Shown here one piece after another: positions 1 through 13,850 of a stretch of DNA of 64,000 nt. The notes under the pieces were generated by a model, which was not told the origin of the DNA, made no database searches, and saw only the letters and a list, made by a program, of their open reading frames with translations. The stretch is from Phoronis australis (taxonomy: Eukaryota > Animalia > Phoronida). The stretch is taken from the NCBI GenBank assembly GCA_002633005.1, contig NMRA01000967.1, forward strand, positions 13,640 to 77,639. The letters run 5' to 3'. Made by a program: the position numbers and the translations under genes. How positions within the stretch are numbered: the first letter of the stretch is position 1; each line of letters opens with the position of its first letter.

Positions 1-3000
1 GAATAATCAACAAAACTATTTTTGTCAAACAGTTTTCGACTACTCTTCCACTTCATCTGCTCTTGTGAGATCTCAGATGAGATGGGTTTTGTTTTTCTCT
101 TGTTTATTTACTGACTACTGCAAAGTTGGCCATTTCTGTGATTTGAGTAATCGTGACACTGCTAATATTCACGTTTCCAAGAGATTCTCAAGTGTTTTGT
201 CTGTGGGTACCAGGAGCACAGTACTGCTCATTGCATTCATGTCTTGATTAAGTTATCGAATAGACCTGAATGACAGCAGATTTAGTGATCATCCTGACCC
301 AGAAACGTTCACCAAGGAAGACAACTGCCTGACCTCCGTGTGAAGATCTAAAGCTTCCTTCAACCTTTCACACAGTCGGGTGCTGCACCAACAGTCGGGG
401 CAGCTGTGGAGAATTTCTTTTTGGCCAAATTTTTAGTAGATGTTCTGTGAAAAGATAAACAATGAATGATACGCTATCAAATATCAAAATATTTCTACTG
501 AGGCTTGTTAGATTTTTCACATGTTTACATGCGTATCAGGCGTTTACTTACCCTGGATCCATATGTTGTCCTTCTTTAAAAACTTCCTGTTTGGTCTGCT
601 GTGATCTTCATAATCTATTGTTGATTGTTACCCATCTTTTTTCTTATGATACAGAGCTTTAGATCTGTACTGCAAATCAGTGTCTTTTCACATTGCTGTG
701 AGTACCTGTTAACCTGATTGAGCCATTTGTTATTCTTTTGTTCTATTCAATTCTTTCTTTTTTCTCAAATTTTTTCTCGTAAAATTAAAGTGCTGTTACT
801 TCATAGGTTTGTTTTGATGTACTAAGATATTTGCCATATTTGATTTTTGATTATTGATGTGTTGTATTTTTGACACATGATATTACTGAATTCCTGCGTT
901 CCAAAGAAACTCTGTAGTGTAAATCTCTGGGTACCAGGATCACTCTTCTGTTCACTGCATTCATGTCTTTTTTAATGATCACGTAGACCTGAATGACAGC
1001 AGTCAAAGCTTCTGTGGGGGAATTTCCCTTATGGCTGCTTTCTTATTGTTGTTCTTTAAAATATGTCGACACACAGGTGAACTATTTTTAAAGATATACG
1101 GGCTTTTACTGTCTCTTGCTGTCTTTTCACTCATTGAGAAGTTCTTGTTTTCCAAAACAACTGAGAGGATGTGTATTTTTCCCTGTGTTGTTGAGCTCAA
1201 TGTTTTTTTCTGAGGCTGTCTGTGTTCTTGACTCTTCTGAATTCAATCATGTGTGTTTCCAGTTGGTTTCTTCCGATCAAAATATTACAGGCTATTATGT
1301 TCTGCTAATCAGTGTCTTATCACATTGCTGTGAGTACCTGTTAGCCTGATGAAGCAGAACAGTGACTTTGCCTCTTCTATATTTGTTTTTAGTACTTCTT
1401 CGACTGCTTTGTTCAGTTTCATTTAAGGGAATAATCAACAAAACTATTTTTGTCAAACAGTTTTCGACTACTCTTCCACTTCATCTGCTCTTGTGAGATC
1501 TCAGATGAGGTGGGTTTTGTTTTTCTCTTGTTTATTTACTGACTACTGCAAAGTTGGCCATTTCTGTGATTTGAGTAATCGTGACACTGCTAATATTCAC
1601 GTATCCAAGAGATTCTCAAGTGTTTTGTCTGTGGGTACCAGGAGCACAGTACTACTCATTGCATTCATGTCTTTATTTAGTTATCGAATAGACCTGAATG
1701 ACAGCAGATTTAGTGATCATCCTGACCCAGAAACACACACCAAGGAAGACAACTGCCTGACCTCCGTGTGAAGATCTAAAGCTTCCTTCAACCTTTCACA
1801 CAGTCGCTTGCTACACCAACAGTCGGGGCAGCTGTGGAGAATTTCTTTTTGGCCAAATTTTTAGTAGATGTTCTGTGAAAAGATAAACAATTAATGATAT
1901 GCTATCAAATATCAAAATATTTCTACTGAGGCTTGTTAGATTTTTCACATGTTTACATGCGAATCAGGCGTTTACTTACCCTGGATCCATATGTTGTTCT
2001 TCTTTAAAAACTTCCTGTTTGGTCTGCTGTTATCTTCATAATCTATTGTTGATTGCTACCAATCTTTTTTCTTCTGATTCAGAGCTTTTGGTCTTTACTG
2101 CAAATCAGTGTCTTTTCACATTGCTGTGAGTACCTGTTAACCTGATTGAGCCATTTGTTATTCTTTTGTTCTATTCAATTCTTTCTTTTTTCTTAAAGTT
2201 TTTCTCGTAAAATTACAGTACTGTTACTTCATAGGTTTCTTTTCATGTACTAAGATATTGGCCACATTTGATTTTTGATTATTGATGTGTTGTATTTTTG
2301 ACACATGATATCACTGAATTCCTGCGTTTTAATGTAACTCTGTAGTGTAAATCTCTGGGTACCAGAATCACTGTTCTGCTCACTGCATTCATGTCTTTTT
2401 TAATTATCACGTAGACCTGAATGACAGCAGATTTAGTGATCATCCTGACCCAGAAACATACACCAAGGAAGACAACTGTCTGATCTCGTGTGAAGATCTA
2501 AAACTTCCTTCATCCTTTCAGGCAGTCAATTACCACTTTATCAGTCGTAGCTTCTGTGGGGGAATTTCCCTTGTGGCTGCTCTCTTACTGTTGTTCTTTA
2601 AAATATGTCTACAGGTGAACTATTTTCAAAGATATACGGTCTTTTACTGTCTGTTGCTGTCTTTTCACTCATTGAGAAGTTCTTGTTTTCCAAAACAACT
2701 GAGAGGATGTGTATTTTTCCCTTTGTTGAGCTCAATGTTTTTTCTGAGGGTGTCTGTGTTCTTGACTCTTGTGAATTCAATCCTGTGTGTTTCCAGTTGG
2801 TTTCTTCCGATCAAAACATTACAGGCTATTATGTTCTGCTAATCAGTGTCTTATCACATTGCTGTGAGTACCTGTTAGCCTGATGAAGCAGAACAGTGAC
2901 TTTGCCTCTGCTATATTTGTTTTTAGTACTTCTTCGACTGCTTTGTTCAGTTTCATTTAAGGGAATAATCAACCAAACTATTTTTGTCAAACAGTTTTCG

Positions 3001-4120
3001 ACTACTCTTCTATTTCATCTGCTCTTGTGACATCTCAGATGAGGTGGGTTTTGTTTTTCTCTTGTTTATTTACTGACTACTGCAAAGTTGACCATTTCTG
3101 TGATTTGAGTAATCGTGACACTGCTAATATTCACGTTTCTAAGAGATTCTCAGGTGTTTTGTCTGTGGGTACCAGGAGCACAGTTCTGCTAATTGCATTC
3201 ATGTCTTTATTTAGTTATCGAATAGACCTGAATGACAGCAGATTTAGTGATCATCCTGACCCAGAAACACACACCAAGGAAGACAACTGCCTGACCTCCG
3301 TGTGAAGATCTAAAGCTTCCTTCAACCTTTCACACAGTCGGATGCTACACCAACAGTCGGGGCAGCTGTGGAGAATTTCTTTTTGGACAAATTTTTAGTA
3401 GATGTTCTGAGAAAAGATAAACAGTGAATGATTTCTTATCAAAGATCTAAATATTTCTATTGAGGCCTGTCAGGTTATTCACATGCTATGCGTATCTGTA
3501 AATATGATGACGCAGGCATTTACTTACCCGGGATCCATATGTTGTCCTTCTTTAAAAACTTCCTGTTTGATCTTCTGTTTTCTTCATAATTTATTTTTGA
3601 TTGTTCCCAATCTTTTTCGTTCTCATACAGAGCTTCTGGTATTTTCTCCTGATCAGTGTCTTTTCACATTGCTGTGAGTACCTGTTAACCTGATTGAGCC
3701 ATTTGTTATTCTTTTGTTCTATTCAATTCTTTCTTTTTTCTTAAAGATTTTCTCGTAAAATTACAGTACTGTTACTTCATAGGTTTGTTTTCATGTACTA
3801 AGATGCTGGCCATATTTGATTTGATTATTGATGCGTTACAGTCTTTTTGACACATGATATTACTGAATTCCTTTATTCCAAAGAACCTCTGTAGTGTATA
3901 TCTCTGGGTACCAGGATCACTGTTCTGCTCACTACATTCATGTCTTTATTTATCCTGTAGACCTGAATGACAGCAAATTTAGTAATCATCCTGACACAGA
4001 AACATACACTTAGGAAGACAACTATCTCATCTCTGTGTGAAGATCTAAAGCTGTGTTCAAACTTTCACACAGTCTGGTGCAACACGACCAGTCGGGGCAG
4101 CGGTGGAGAGACTCTCTTTG
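1..4120. repeat. Higher-order tandem array: ~1.5 kb dimers of two diverged ~720-810 bp monomers; continues past the window start
   Basis: gaataatcaac recurs at 1, 1429 and 2963. The core gggtaccagga...cattcatgtc...tagacctgaatgacagca recurs near 205, 929, 1633, 2357, 3167 and 3907. The repeated short ORFs in the track reflect this array. Confidence 0.95.
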
Positions 4121-6296
4121 ACCAGCTTCTTTGTTCTTATTTCTATTTCCCAGTATTTTTTCGTATATTGCGTCTTGATTTTGTGAATGCTAGGATTTCT
4201 CTGTCGCTCAGTATGGTCATTTCAGGTTTTTTCTACCCATGAAACTCATCCAAACGCCTCTAATTGTTTTTGTTCGGCTATTAAGTGAATTGAAATTTAA
4301 GCCTCAGAATTTAATAGTTTTTCCTGGCGTGTGGCGGTAAACAAAGTTATCTTACCTGTGCCGACAGCTGCTCATTCTACAGTATTCAAGCCCTTTAGTT
4401 CTTGTACATTTTCTTCTTTGTCATTTCTGTTGTTGTTGTCTCCATGGGAGGTTGCCATGTTCTGTGACTACAATGAATGATGTCATCGCCTTTGCATGAT
4501 GTCATCGTGTATTTGCGTGATGTCATCAGCTTTGTTGCAATTTTCAGCTCAGTTGAATTGATGTCTTCCTGTGATACAAATTTTGCGGTTGCTTAGCTTT
4601 ATATTCTTAAAATTTTAAGTAATATTTTTAAATATTACTTCAAATGACGCCACAAAAGTTCCTGGCACTCCTTAAAAGGGTGCAAAGAACTTTTATGGCA
4701 TCATTTTGTTACACAGTTTCGTTGATGTTTTTGTTATCAAGTTATTAAGATTAGTCATTGTTTTTAGGTGTTTTTTACAGGGTGTGTTCAGTTTTACTAC
4801 GTTTGTGCTCATAAATATCCAGGGGCATTGCTATAAAGCTGTGAGTTTATCGGAAATTAGGTGCATGAATCGCCGGGGTGCTTATGTCTTGAGTAAAACC
4901 AAGACGCAAAATTTTTAAATGAGCCAGGTTTGACTCCATCTATAGGCCTCCGTCTCATATACAGTATGAAAGTAAATAAACCGCGTATTTAACAATAAAG
5001 TGGGTGACATAATACTGACTATTAAATTTTAAACTATGCACAATAAAAACTTTGTGAATGAAACGAGCTAAGTTCCAGACGTTGCAAGACTTCATCAAGT
5101 AAATGAAGTTATTAATAGTAAGACAAATATCAAGCTAAGATCTTCATATACTGGACAATCTAATAAAACGCGATTTTCATCCGCAACAGTGTCAGAACAC
5201 ACAGAGCAGAAACGCTGACCTCTTGGTATACCCAAGTGTCTGCCAGTATCGATTTTTAGTTCATGATTTGAACATCTAAAGCGTGCAAGAGCTGTGATTT
5301 AATATTTTTGTTTAGACATTATCTAGTACGAGTCTATTTTTAAACAAATAACTCTTCGTTACAACTGCTTGACTGACCCACACAATACCAAACCTAGTCC
5401 TGAAAAGTGGGTTTAAAGCGCGGAGACCCCAGTTATGACGATTTCTTTTCTCAAAGTCATGAGTAGGTACATGCGCGTACCCAGCCTAAAAAAAGTAGGG
5501 GCTCGAATTATTGAAAATGTGGACTTTTTAATAAGATTCACGGGGTACGTTCAGAGCTATGAATTGTGCATTCTCAGAATTTTGATAGTTCCTGCCTTTT
5601 TAGTAAACTGTCTCGTTTTCTACTTTTTCGGATTTTTTGTTTCTCTGAGGCGGACCTTTTTGCTCACTTCGCCAAATGAGGGGGCTCGTTCGAGATCCGT
5701 CCGGGTGCGCGCATGAGATATATCTATTCTGGAACAATTTCAACAACTTCAACCAATATTTAACAATCCTAACAAACCTTAACATCATTGTATACCTGCT
5801 AAGCTCACCCCTGGCTGCTGAATTTGGGGCAAATTGCCTTAGAACTAACACGAATTTATAAAATTTATTTTGAAGAATCTCGACATTTGGGCCACTGTGA
5901 AAACCCCACACTTCCAAACCATACATAACAGTAGGACATATTTTAGTAGCGAACAATTATAACCAAAACATTTGCAGGAACTCTTTGGAATTGTATCATA
6001 TACTTTTTCAACAAAAACAAGACTATTCCAGCCTGATTATCTAAATTCGAATTTGTTATTGATCACACGGCACTTTTAGTAGTAAAATAAATACCGAGAT
6101 ATTTGTAACTCGCCTGAACAATGAATTGTTCTCCATTAATGAACCATTATTCATAATTACGTAAGTATCCTCTTTTTCTGAATACCACAATTCTTGTTTT
6201 TGGCATGTTAATAACTAGTTTCCATTTTTTACAATACACTTCAACTTTCTTAATCGTCCGTTGTAATTCAATGTCAGTCTTAGAGAATACAACCAG

Positions 6297-6434
6297 CCTC
6301 CCGTTCAGTAACACTAGAACCTCGCTAAAAAGCAAGACTTCGTGAGATAACGTGAGATATTGCCGTGCATTTCATACGAGAACACGTGACTTTGACTAAG
6401 TTTTAGCTAGGTCCTAGCGTTTACTGAACGCACG
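6297..6434. mobile_element. MITE inserted into the RT of the CR1-like LINE
   Basis: Imperfect ~30 bp inverted repeats (cgttcagtaacactagaacctcgctaaaa / ttttagctaggtcctagcgtttactgaacg). ccag is duplicated at 6293-6296 and 6435-6438, and removing the insert restores the LINE frame D-L-V-V-F-S. Related copy at 13851-13986. Confidence 0.75.
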
Positions 6435-6629
6435 CCAGGTCAACTGCAAATAGCAAGTAGTATAACTCAACATACCTAATGACACATCGGCATCATTATT
6501 AGTCTTCAACTTGCGTTCAAGATCATTTAAATATATTGAGAATAAAAAGGTGAAACCTGACAGCCTTGTCTTATTCCCCTTAGACAATAAAACCGTGGTT
6601 GCACCATATTGGTGTGCCTTCATTAAACC

Positions 6630-7041
6630 AGAATGGAAGGAAGCAATAGAAGGAAGCAGGCTGAAACACCTGATGTGGTTGTTTACCCCTGGACCTGCTG
6701 GAGTGACGGGGAATGAAAGAGCAGATGACCTGGCAGGAAAGGCAGAACTTTTGGAAGATGTCACTTGGAGTGAGAAGGATGTTTTGATGGCACTGAAAGA
6801 CCAGCAGATGGAGGCCCCCTCAGAAAGCACCATCCTGGAAAGACTAACTGAGCTTCATGTTGTCACAGGAAGCGGCATCAGAACCACCTTATGTGGAGAA
6901 AGTAGATCCCGGATGAACCAGCTCAACATGGGAACCATCAGCAGTGTGACTCTTTCTTGGCTGCTCCAGAGAAGGACTAAGCACTTGTGGACCTGTCCAA
7001 TGTGCAGTGAAGTCTGTCCCTGAGACAATGACAATGACAAT
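6630..7041 (+). mobile_element. 5'-truncated RNase H-bearing LINE 3' end (I/Ingi/Nimb-like) nested in the CR1-like element
   Basis: WLFTPGPAGVTGNERADDLAGKA matches the RNase H C-terminal motif W.PGH.G..GNE.AD.LA. It ends in CPMC, stop at 7023, then a (GACAAT)3 tail at 7024-7041. The host LINE resumes after the tail. Confidence 0.75.
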
Positions 7042-10000
7042 GGTTTACCTAGACACACGACTTCACGTTGCGATACATTTCACGCAATATTTTATACATT
7101 TTACCAGATAAAATGTGACTGATCAATTTACAAATCCGGTTTATGTTGCCGTGTATTCATTTTAACATCTGTGTAACTGAAAAGTTCATCTACGGTTTTA
7201 CAAAAGACATGCAAAAGTATCCAGTTTAACGCTTGCATATAGATAAGGAATAGACGCTTGTGCCTTTAACTGAAGCCTAGGCACCAGTATCTATGTACAG
7301 AACTATTGGGTATTTTTTATTTGATAGAACACATTGTTTCGGATATAGGCGCATGAGCCTAAATATACATGTATACAGTTCATGGGAGTATAAATGGTAA
7401 ACAAATAAAGATTCTTAAGTAGATCTGTGCTGCATGGTCGACTATAATGGACATCTTTATAATAACTAGGTGGTGCTTATAAATAAAGATACCTCCTTGA
7501 CATCTGAATAAAGTGAGAGCAGAACAGATCATCAGCGTGGAGACTTTCTTGTGATAAAGGACCCACGTGATTTACCTGAATGCAGATGTCTCTGTGCGAA
7601 GGCCTTATGCATCACTTGTGTCGCGTGGTGAATTTTGTTTGGACAATTCTTGAATTTTGTTGCTACAATGTTAACCCTGAAAATGCCCTGACCTGTTAAA
7701 TTTCAGAGGTGTTCTGTGTTTCACGCCGGCACCAGGAAGTTCTGTTTCTTGCCTAGTGCTTTTGGTTACGTAATGCTGATTAAGTAACTACTGTAGCAAC
7801 TTCAAGCCAACGTCGTTCTTGAAAGCAGAATAGGTACCATTCTCTTAACTTTAGGAATAAAGTGAAAGCCGAGTTAGCACGGTATACATTGCAAGAATTT
7901 CAATTTTAGCACTATGTTACTCTTCGCAATGTCACGAAGGATAGATATACAAGATTAATTATTTAATTTTTTCCCATGAGTTCAAATAAATTTGATAATT
8001 TTAGAACTACGTTTTCAGTTTTGTCTGTACAACTATCATTCTTACCTTTAGTAGCCGTTCTAACGTTTATACTACCATTAATTGCACAGTCTATGTCTAT
8101 TTTTCTGTTTATTATTTTTCAAATTCTTTATGTCAGCTGTTCTTAAACCATACTTACTCAAAGCTTTTTCATCTAGCGTTTTTTCCCATTTCTGCGCGTA
8201 TTGAACTTTCTTATTTTATCCGCGTTTCTCCCGTTTTGTTTCTTACCCTTCTTCTGCCTCGTGCATCACATGTGTCCTGTCTTGCCGCTCTCGTCTTCTT
8301 CTTTAGCGGCCATGTTCGGTTGCCAAAAACTTTTGATTACAGTTCGTGATGCCGTCACCCTAGTTACAGCGACAGTAGCATGATGTCATCTGCATTATTA
8401 CCATTGCTAGCTGAGATGAGATGACGTCATAATTATCAAGCATTTTTTAACTCGGACTTGTATGGTAGTAGTGGTAGTAGTGTAGACAAAAACTTGTTCT
8501 GTGAATGCAGTACTTATTTCCAACTAGGTCCTGGCTATGACATAGTCTTTAAAAGAAATATATACCGGTATAAATAGTACTCTTAATCTTAATTACTTGA
8601 AAATTACGAAAATTTCAATGTAAAAGAGAGTCGGTGCAACACTAATGGTCATTAACTTGAAAAGTTAAACATGTGCCCCCTAGTGTCAATTGATTAAATT
8701 TGTCATGATTCCACCTAAGAATCCAAATAACAACTGGAGATTTCGTGTTTAGAATCGAACTTTTAGCATAATGCTGCTGTTATTAGTGCAAACTAGGATT
8801 AGGCAATTATCCTTGCAAGCCAATATTTATTCGAGCACAGAATAATAGACACATACCTTTGAGTTAGCACAAAGCTATAACAGAAAAATGACAAATGATA
8901 ATTTCAGGTTCGGTCTCGAGTAAAAAGATTAGATCGCGGACCCAGACAGCCATATTGTGCTTCTGTGGGTAAAACTAGCGCACTCTCCCGCGGCAAGAAA
9001 AAATTGCAAGCCTGGTCAGAAACACTAGTAAGGGGATCGAAGATCAACATTTTTGTGAGTTTGATGGGCGTGGATTTGTGACACTAAAAATACGCATGGC
9101 GCATCAATTTCGTGCGTCGCATGAAGCCTAGTTAACATATCTAAAAATATCAACTGACAGCTGACGCATCGACGACCTCTGGAGGTCAAAGACCAATTCC
9201 TGGATTTCACGGGGTCGTACTCCCGTCACAAAAATGCGCTCAAAAGTGTAGTTACTGACGTAAATAATTTCAGATACTCAAAACTATTAATCAAATTTTG
9301 AATACCAATGAAGTCAGAAATCGCGTGACAGACGTTCGTTAAATTGGTCCGTCACCCCCACGAAAATACAACTTTTCGGCTAATAAAAATGTGCTTAGTT
9401 GTTGTTTCAACTTGCATAAGACTTGCAGCAGATAAAATTTGTCTTACACCTAAGAATTTGAAATGACAAAATATTACTTAGTTATAAAATCACTGAACTT
9501 ATTCAGTAGAAAAATATAAATGTTTTTGCTTCACAGATTGCATGCGCTAAGTATTTTAGACAAAACTGAATTTGTTAAAATTAGACAATTGGACCACATT
9601 CTAATAAAAGTATTAAAACAAAATATATTTTAATGAACTTATTGACTTTAGTTTTTGGAAATTATCCGAATCAAAAAGTTTTGTTCATACAAAAAAATCT
9701 TCCTTATGTGCTTTGGCGTTCAAAATAGCAAGAGTTCTAAAAACGAACGCGTGTCAAGTGTGCTATTTCTACTGAAGACTTGCGTTGCCACGTTTTGTGT
9801 TGAAAAGGCCGCGATGCGGAGAATTTTTAAATGATAGCAATATGTAACTTTATTCCGTATTTTTGTCACACCTGCTCTGTCGTCACTGACCGTTGCTATT
9901 CGGTGTTTTGTGCGATTGCAAACCAAATGATTCACATACGTCGTCAGATTTTACATATTATGACACAGCAAACATTGATCTCACAATCGTTTCTAAAAAA

Positions 10001-10501
10001 TTCGTTTTATTTTTCTGCTGAGCTTCAAGGAGGTTAAAGTAGCATTTAGAAACCACATGGAATTGTTGCAGACCAGGGCCGGAAGAATTGATCCCAACAG
10101 GAAGAGGAACAAATATCTGCCGGGGTGATCCGTGAAATTCGTGAATCAATAAATTGTGTGACAGTTTGACTTAAATACACACTTCTCTTTTAAAACTTGA
10201 AATGAAGACATGAGTTAACTAGCTGAATGAAAAGCTAAGCAAAAATTATGGGCAAGCATCTAATGATTTTATTAGCTCCTCATATATTCCAAAATTTCAG
10301 TGTAATTTGATGTCTTTTTCGTCACATTACAATACGACACCTGTGTCTTTTACTAAATGATGAATGCCATCGATGTTGTCAACTAAACCTCGTTGAACCA
10401 ATTGTCTGTCATTACACTTAGTAGTAAAAAAGACATTCATGTCCTGTTTCTAATACTTTTAAAAGTCGCCTTTATTATTACATGAGCGCGCATCAGAACC
10501 A

Positions 10502-10615
10502 TTTGTTATATGACCCAGACAGTATGTCATTATTACAAGCTAAGGGCGAGTCCAAATTTTGTTACATGACCCAGACAGTATGTCATTATTACAAGCTAAG
10601 GGCGAGTCCAAATTT
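10502..10615. repeat. 56 bp tandem duplication
   Basis: tgacccagacagtatgtcattattacaagctaagggcgagtccaaattt starts at both 10511 and 10567. Confidence 0.95.
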
Positions 10616-12076
10616 AACACTGGCAAATCATTCAAATTATTACAATTGGTAACAGTAATTCACATTTTGTTGTCAAATAAAAAATGTCTTTTTTTATTCT
10701 CGTCTATGTTTTTACTAAGTGAGGGTTTTAGTGTATTGTTTTACATGTTAAATCAAAAGTGTTGAAAATTTAACATCTTAATGCTCATATCCAGCATAGG
10801 TGATGATTTCGCACAAAAGCCAAATCCATGTGTTTTGGTTGTACTAATTTACTAGTTGCAAAAGAACAATGCAGCTTAAACACTACTGAAATTTCTGAAT
10901 CGATATCTTAGCCACAACAAATTGTTTAATAGTTAGCGTACTGTACATCAGTGGCGTTTGGAGTTGTCTGACAATATCAAAAAATGCGTGTTGTATTTGA
11001 CGAGCATTCTGCTACATCATCAAAAAAGAGTGAAACCATTTAAAATTAAATGCACAAAGTCGAACTTAAAAAAAAGAATTAAAAAAATCTAATTTTGCGC
11101 ACACGTCCCTTCCAGCCCTAAAGACAATTTTCCCAGCCAAGCAAAGAGATATGGCAAAAGTTGATACATGCATTGAAAATTTTCAAAAGATTTTAACAAT
11201 CAGTGTATCACCTATTTGTCTAGGTTGAAAGAAATTTTCACAATTGATCAATTTTTTCTCCCATTGTCCGTTATGAGTGGAATCGCCCTCTAGTATCAGA
11301 CCCCAAATCACAAGTCGTTTTGACAGAAGACCCTAGCCCTAGTTTATTACTCGGCCTTTAGTAAACAGAATGTGACGTTCGTAACTTTACGCTTATTGTT
11401 ATTCTTATTTAGTTGCAAATGTTCAGTTATTCTTATGCTAATGTTTTTGTTGCGTCTCAGTGCGCCTTTGTTACGTGGGCATGTGGGCGCGATTGTATGT
11501 GTCGGGTACTTCGCTAGCGACCGGCTTAGGAGAAGGGTGTTTCCTTCCTTTGCCTTCAAGAAAATTGATCGTTATCATGTGCAATTGAACTGAAACATAT
11601 GCCTGATGAGAGGAAATACACATTTTTGATGTTCAGTGGAGACTTGCTCTGTTACAAGTACGTTGCCATTTTTCCTAACAGAACAAAAACGACACATGCT
11701 TCCAATTGATTGCGTTTTGCAACTAAATGAAACACCCATTGGCTCCGGGTTAGTTCACAACGAATGACTGAACAGGTAATTGTTGTGCCAATCTGCCAAT
11801 GGCTCGGTCAGCTCCCCTCGGTACTTGCTTTTGGCTAACTGTATCATTGTGCATTCGCTGGAATTCGTGAAATGAAAACATATGCCCATTTTGGAACCCG
11901 AGGTTGATTATAGAAGAATTTGTCGCGTTTTGAAGAAATGCCCTCGGTCGCATTATTCCCTATAGATGGCAATTGCTGTCATATGAGCTCTCCTGGCACA
12001 TGAGATCGATTGTTTGTAAAAAAGCGGCGATTGTTGAGTGCTCGTCACTTATCATTGCGTATCAGTTTGTGGTGAG

Positions 12077-12175
12077 ATGACTGATGCTCAGGAGAAGCCG
12101 CTCTCCGGCAACACAATTTTTGCAAAGATAGTAAACAAGGAAATTCCGTCGGTACTTCTCTACGAGGACGATTTG
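12077..12175 (+). CDS. HINT1: Histidine triad nucleotide-binding protein, exon 1
   Basis: MTDAQEKPLSGNTIFAKIVNKEIPSVLLYEDDL contains the HINT motif TIF.KI..KEIP...YEDD. Phase-0 donor gtgagt at 12176. Confidence 0.92.
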
Positions 12176-13850
12176 GTGAGTTCATTTTTTCAACGAAAGG
12201 AATTGAGTTTAGTAGGGCTATAATTTTTTGGGATGACATAATTGAAAAAGGAACACGCACCGGTGCAGCGTATTTGCATAACGTAGTTGTGCTTCTATCA
12301 TCAACATTGCAGTTGTTTAGTCGAATACGGAACATAACTGAAATTTGGTAACATCGTCGCATAATCACAATTCTTTCAGTCAAATATTTCCGAAGAGATG
12401 ACCCATTAACCATCACGGTGTGCATGCTGAGGACGACCTTTCCAGTAGCACAGCTTAATTGAATCCATTGAGGTGATGCTTGTAATGCAGACTGGTTTCA
12501 TGCTGTGTTATGGCGAAAGCCTGTCTCAGTAGGGAGCCGTTTACATCGTCGTGACTCACGGCAAGCATTATTGCAGTAGATGTGTTTGTTTGACATCTAA
12601 TTTAAGAGGCATGGAGTCGAGTGAGAGTACCTCCCTCCCCACTGAACTGACAAGAAAGGTGTATTCAATGTTGACTCACATCATGAATCCCTGTGCAGGC
12701 TATGGTGTCGGGTAGTGAAACTGAACTGTCTGGGAACCGGGGAGGGGCGAAAATGGTGGCGACAGGCGGAGATTTCGACGGGTGGAAGGGGGGAGCTCAC
12801 ATTTGATTCGCTTCCTCACTGCAGAATCCCCATGTGCTTATGCTGGGGATGTCATATGAACTACTTCTTTAGTAATTGTATGGCGCTCGGATGGCTTCAA
12901 ATTACGACATATGGGGGACGCGTCACGTCTTTTTATGTGGGCAGAAACATTCTTGTTGTTGGCTTTGTTCCATAGATTGTGGTATTAATAATACCAGGAG
13001 ACGATGTTCAGTGGACTGAGTGTTCTTAATGTAATTGTGTTGCTAGATATTTCTCTCGTTTACCACCGGCCAGGGTTCCCGGTATGATTTGCGCGATTTA
13101 AATAAATTGTATATTCGTTGATTGAATCTATTTTTGCTAGTCGGTATTGCGAGACAAACCGGCGATGTTACCTTCATGGCAGCAGAGCCCACAAATTTAC
13201 TGTGCCCCTAAAAGTTTCAGAAACACGCGTTAGTGTTTTTACTTCTGTCGATGGACAAGCCTATGTTATGGCTCAGTGTGATGTCAGCGCCAACTCTGTC
13301 GGGAAAATGCTGTGAATTGATCATTCGTGGACAAACCTGAGATGCTGCTATAATTTGCTAAACATCTCAAGGGCATATCGTGCGTGATACTACCACTAGT
13401 CACTAAAGTAATTTTATTCTCCCCCCAAAGACATTCTTGTCTCGATATTCAGTTCCGTGTGTAGGTCTAAGTGAAAGTTGGCACTCCGCCATTCAAATAT
13501 CTCGAAATTATTTAGAGATCTTTATTTTCTTGTAATGTACAACATAACTAGGATACAGAATTCTAATCAGGCTATTAGGCAATGTAATTTTTTGTTTCGT
13601 GCCTGCCCGCTGACCCATATTTAAGCTTTCGCCTCACAATCCTTAAACAGGAAATTAGCGCTGCCTGTATCATTTTTTGTCAAATTTCTTTATCTTTTTC
13701 CTCAAAAACCACACAAAATTTTCCGAGCTAGTTCTTAAACGAAGTGTTTTGTCAATTCCGTTAATCACATTCGTGACCCAGTTAAAAAAACACTACCGAC
13801 AACCCCACCCCCCCTCGTCGATACTAACAGACAGCTCCACCGAAGCTGGG

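Larger units (their letters stand above)
5040..7290 (-). mobile_element. Decayed CR1/L2-group non-LTR retrotransposon (RT to C-terminus), interrupted by later insertions
   Basis: Minus-strand fragments: YLLFAVD|LVVFSKT..YCKKWKLVINMPKTRIVVF (RT core, FADD-like), MYGLEVWG..ARGELSRY, GFGIVW, and RFRCSNHELKIDTGR..RFCSVC..LLDCPVY (C-terminal Cys/His region). Frameshifts and stops are present. Confidence 0.85.

Noticed and set aside
65-3305. Repeated 60-92 aa ORFs (MRSQMRWVLFFS...) as a tandem gene family
   Set aside because: They have non-ATG starts, variable stops between copies and no recognisable domain; they are by-products of the tandem array.
4040-4460. Multi-UGA selenoprotein on the minus strand
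   Set aside because: The TGA codons are not in a redox-motif context, a TAG follows, and I could not identify a SECIS. Decay or chance is more likely.
6511-7023. 170 aa ORF as a host RNase H gene
   Set aside because: It is a chimera of antisense CR1 sequence and a truncated LINE end with a microsatellite tail, and it lacks the N-terminal catalytic residues.
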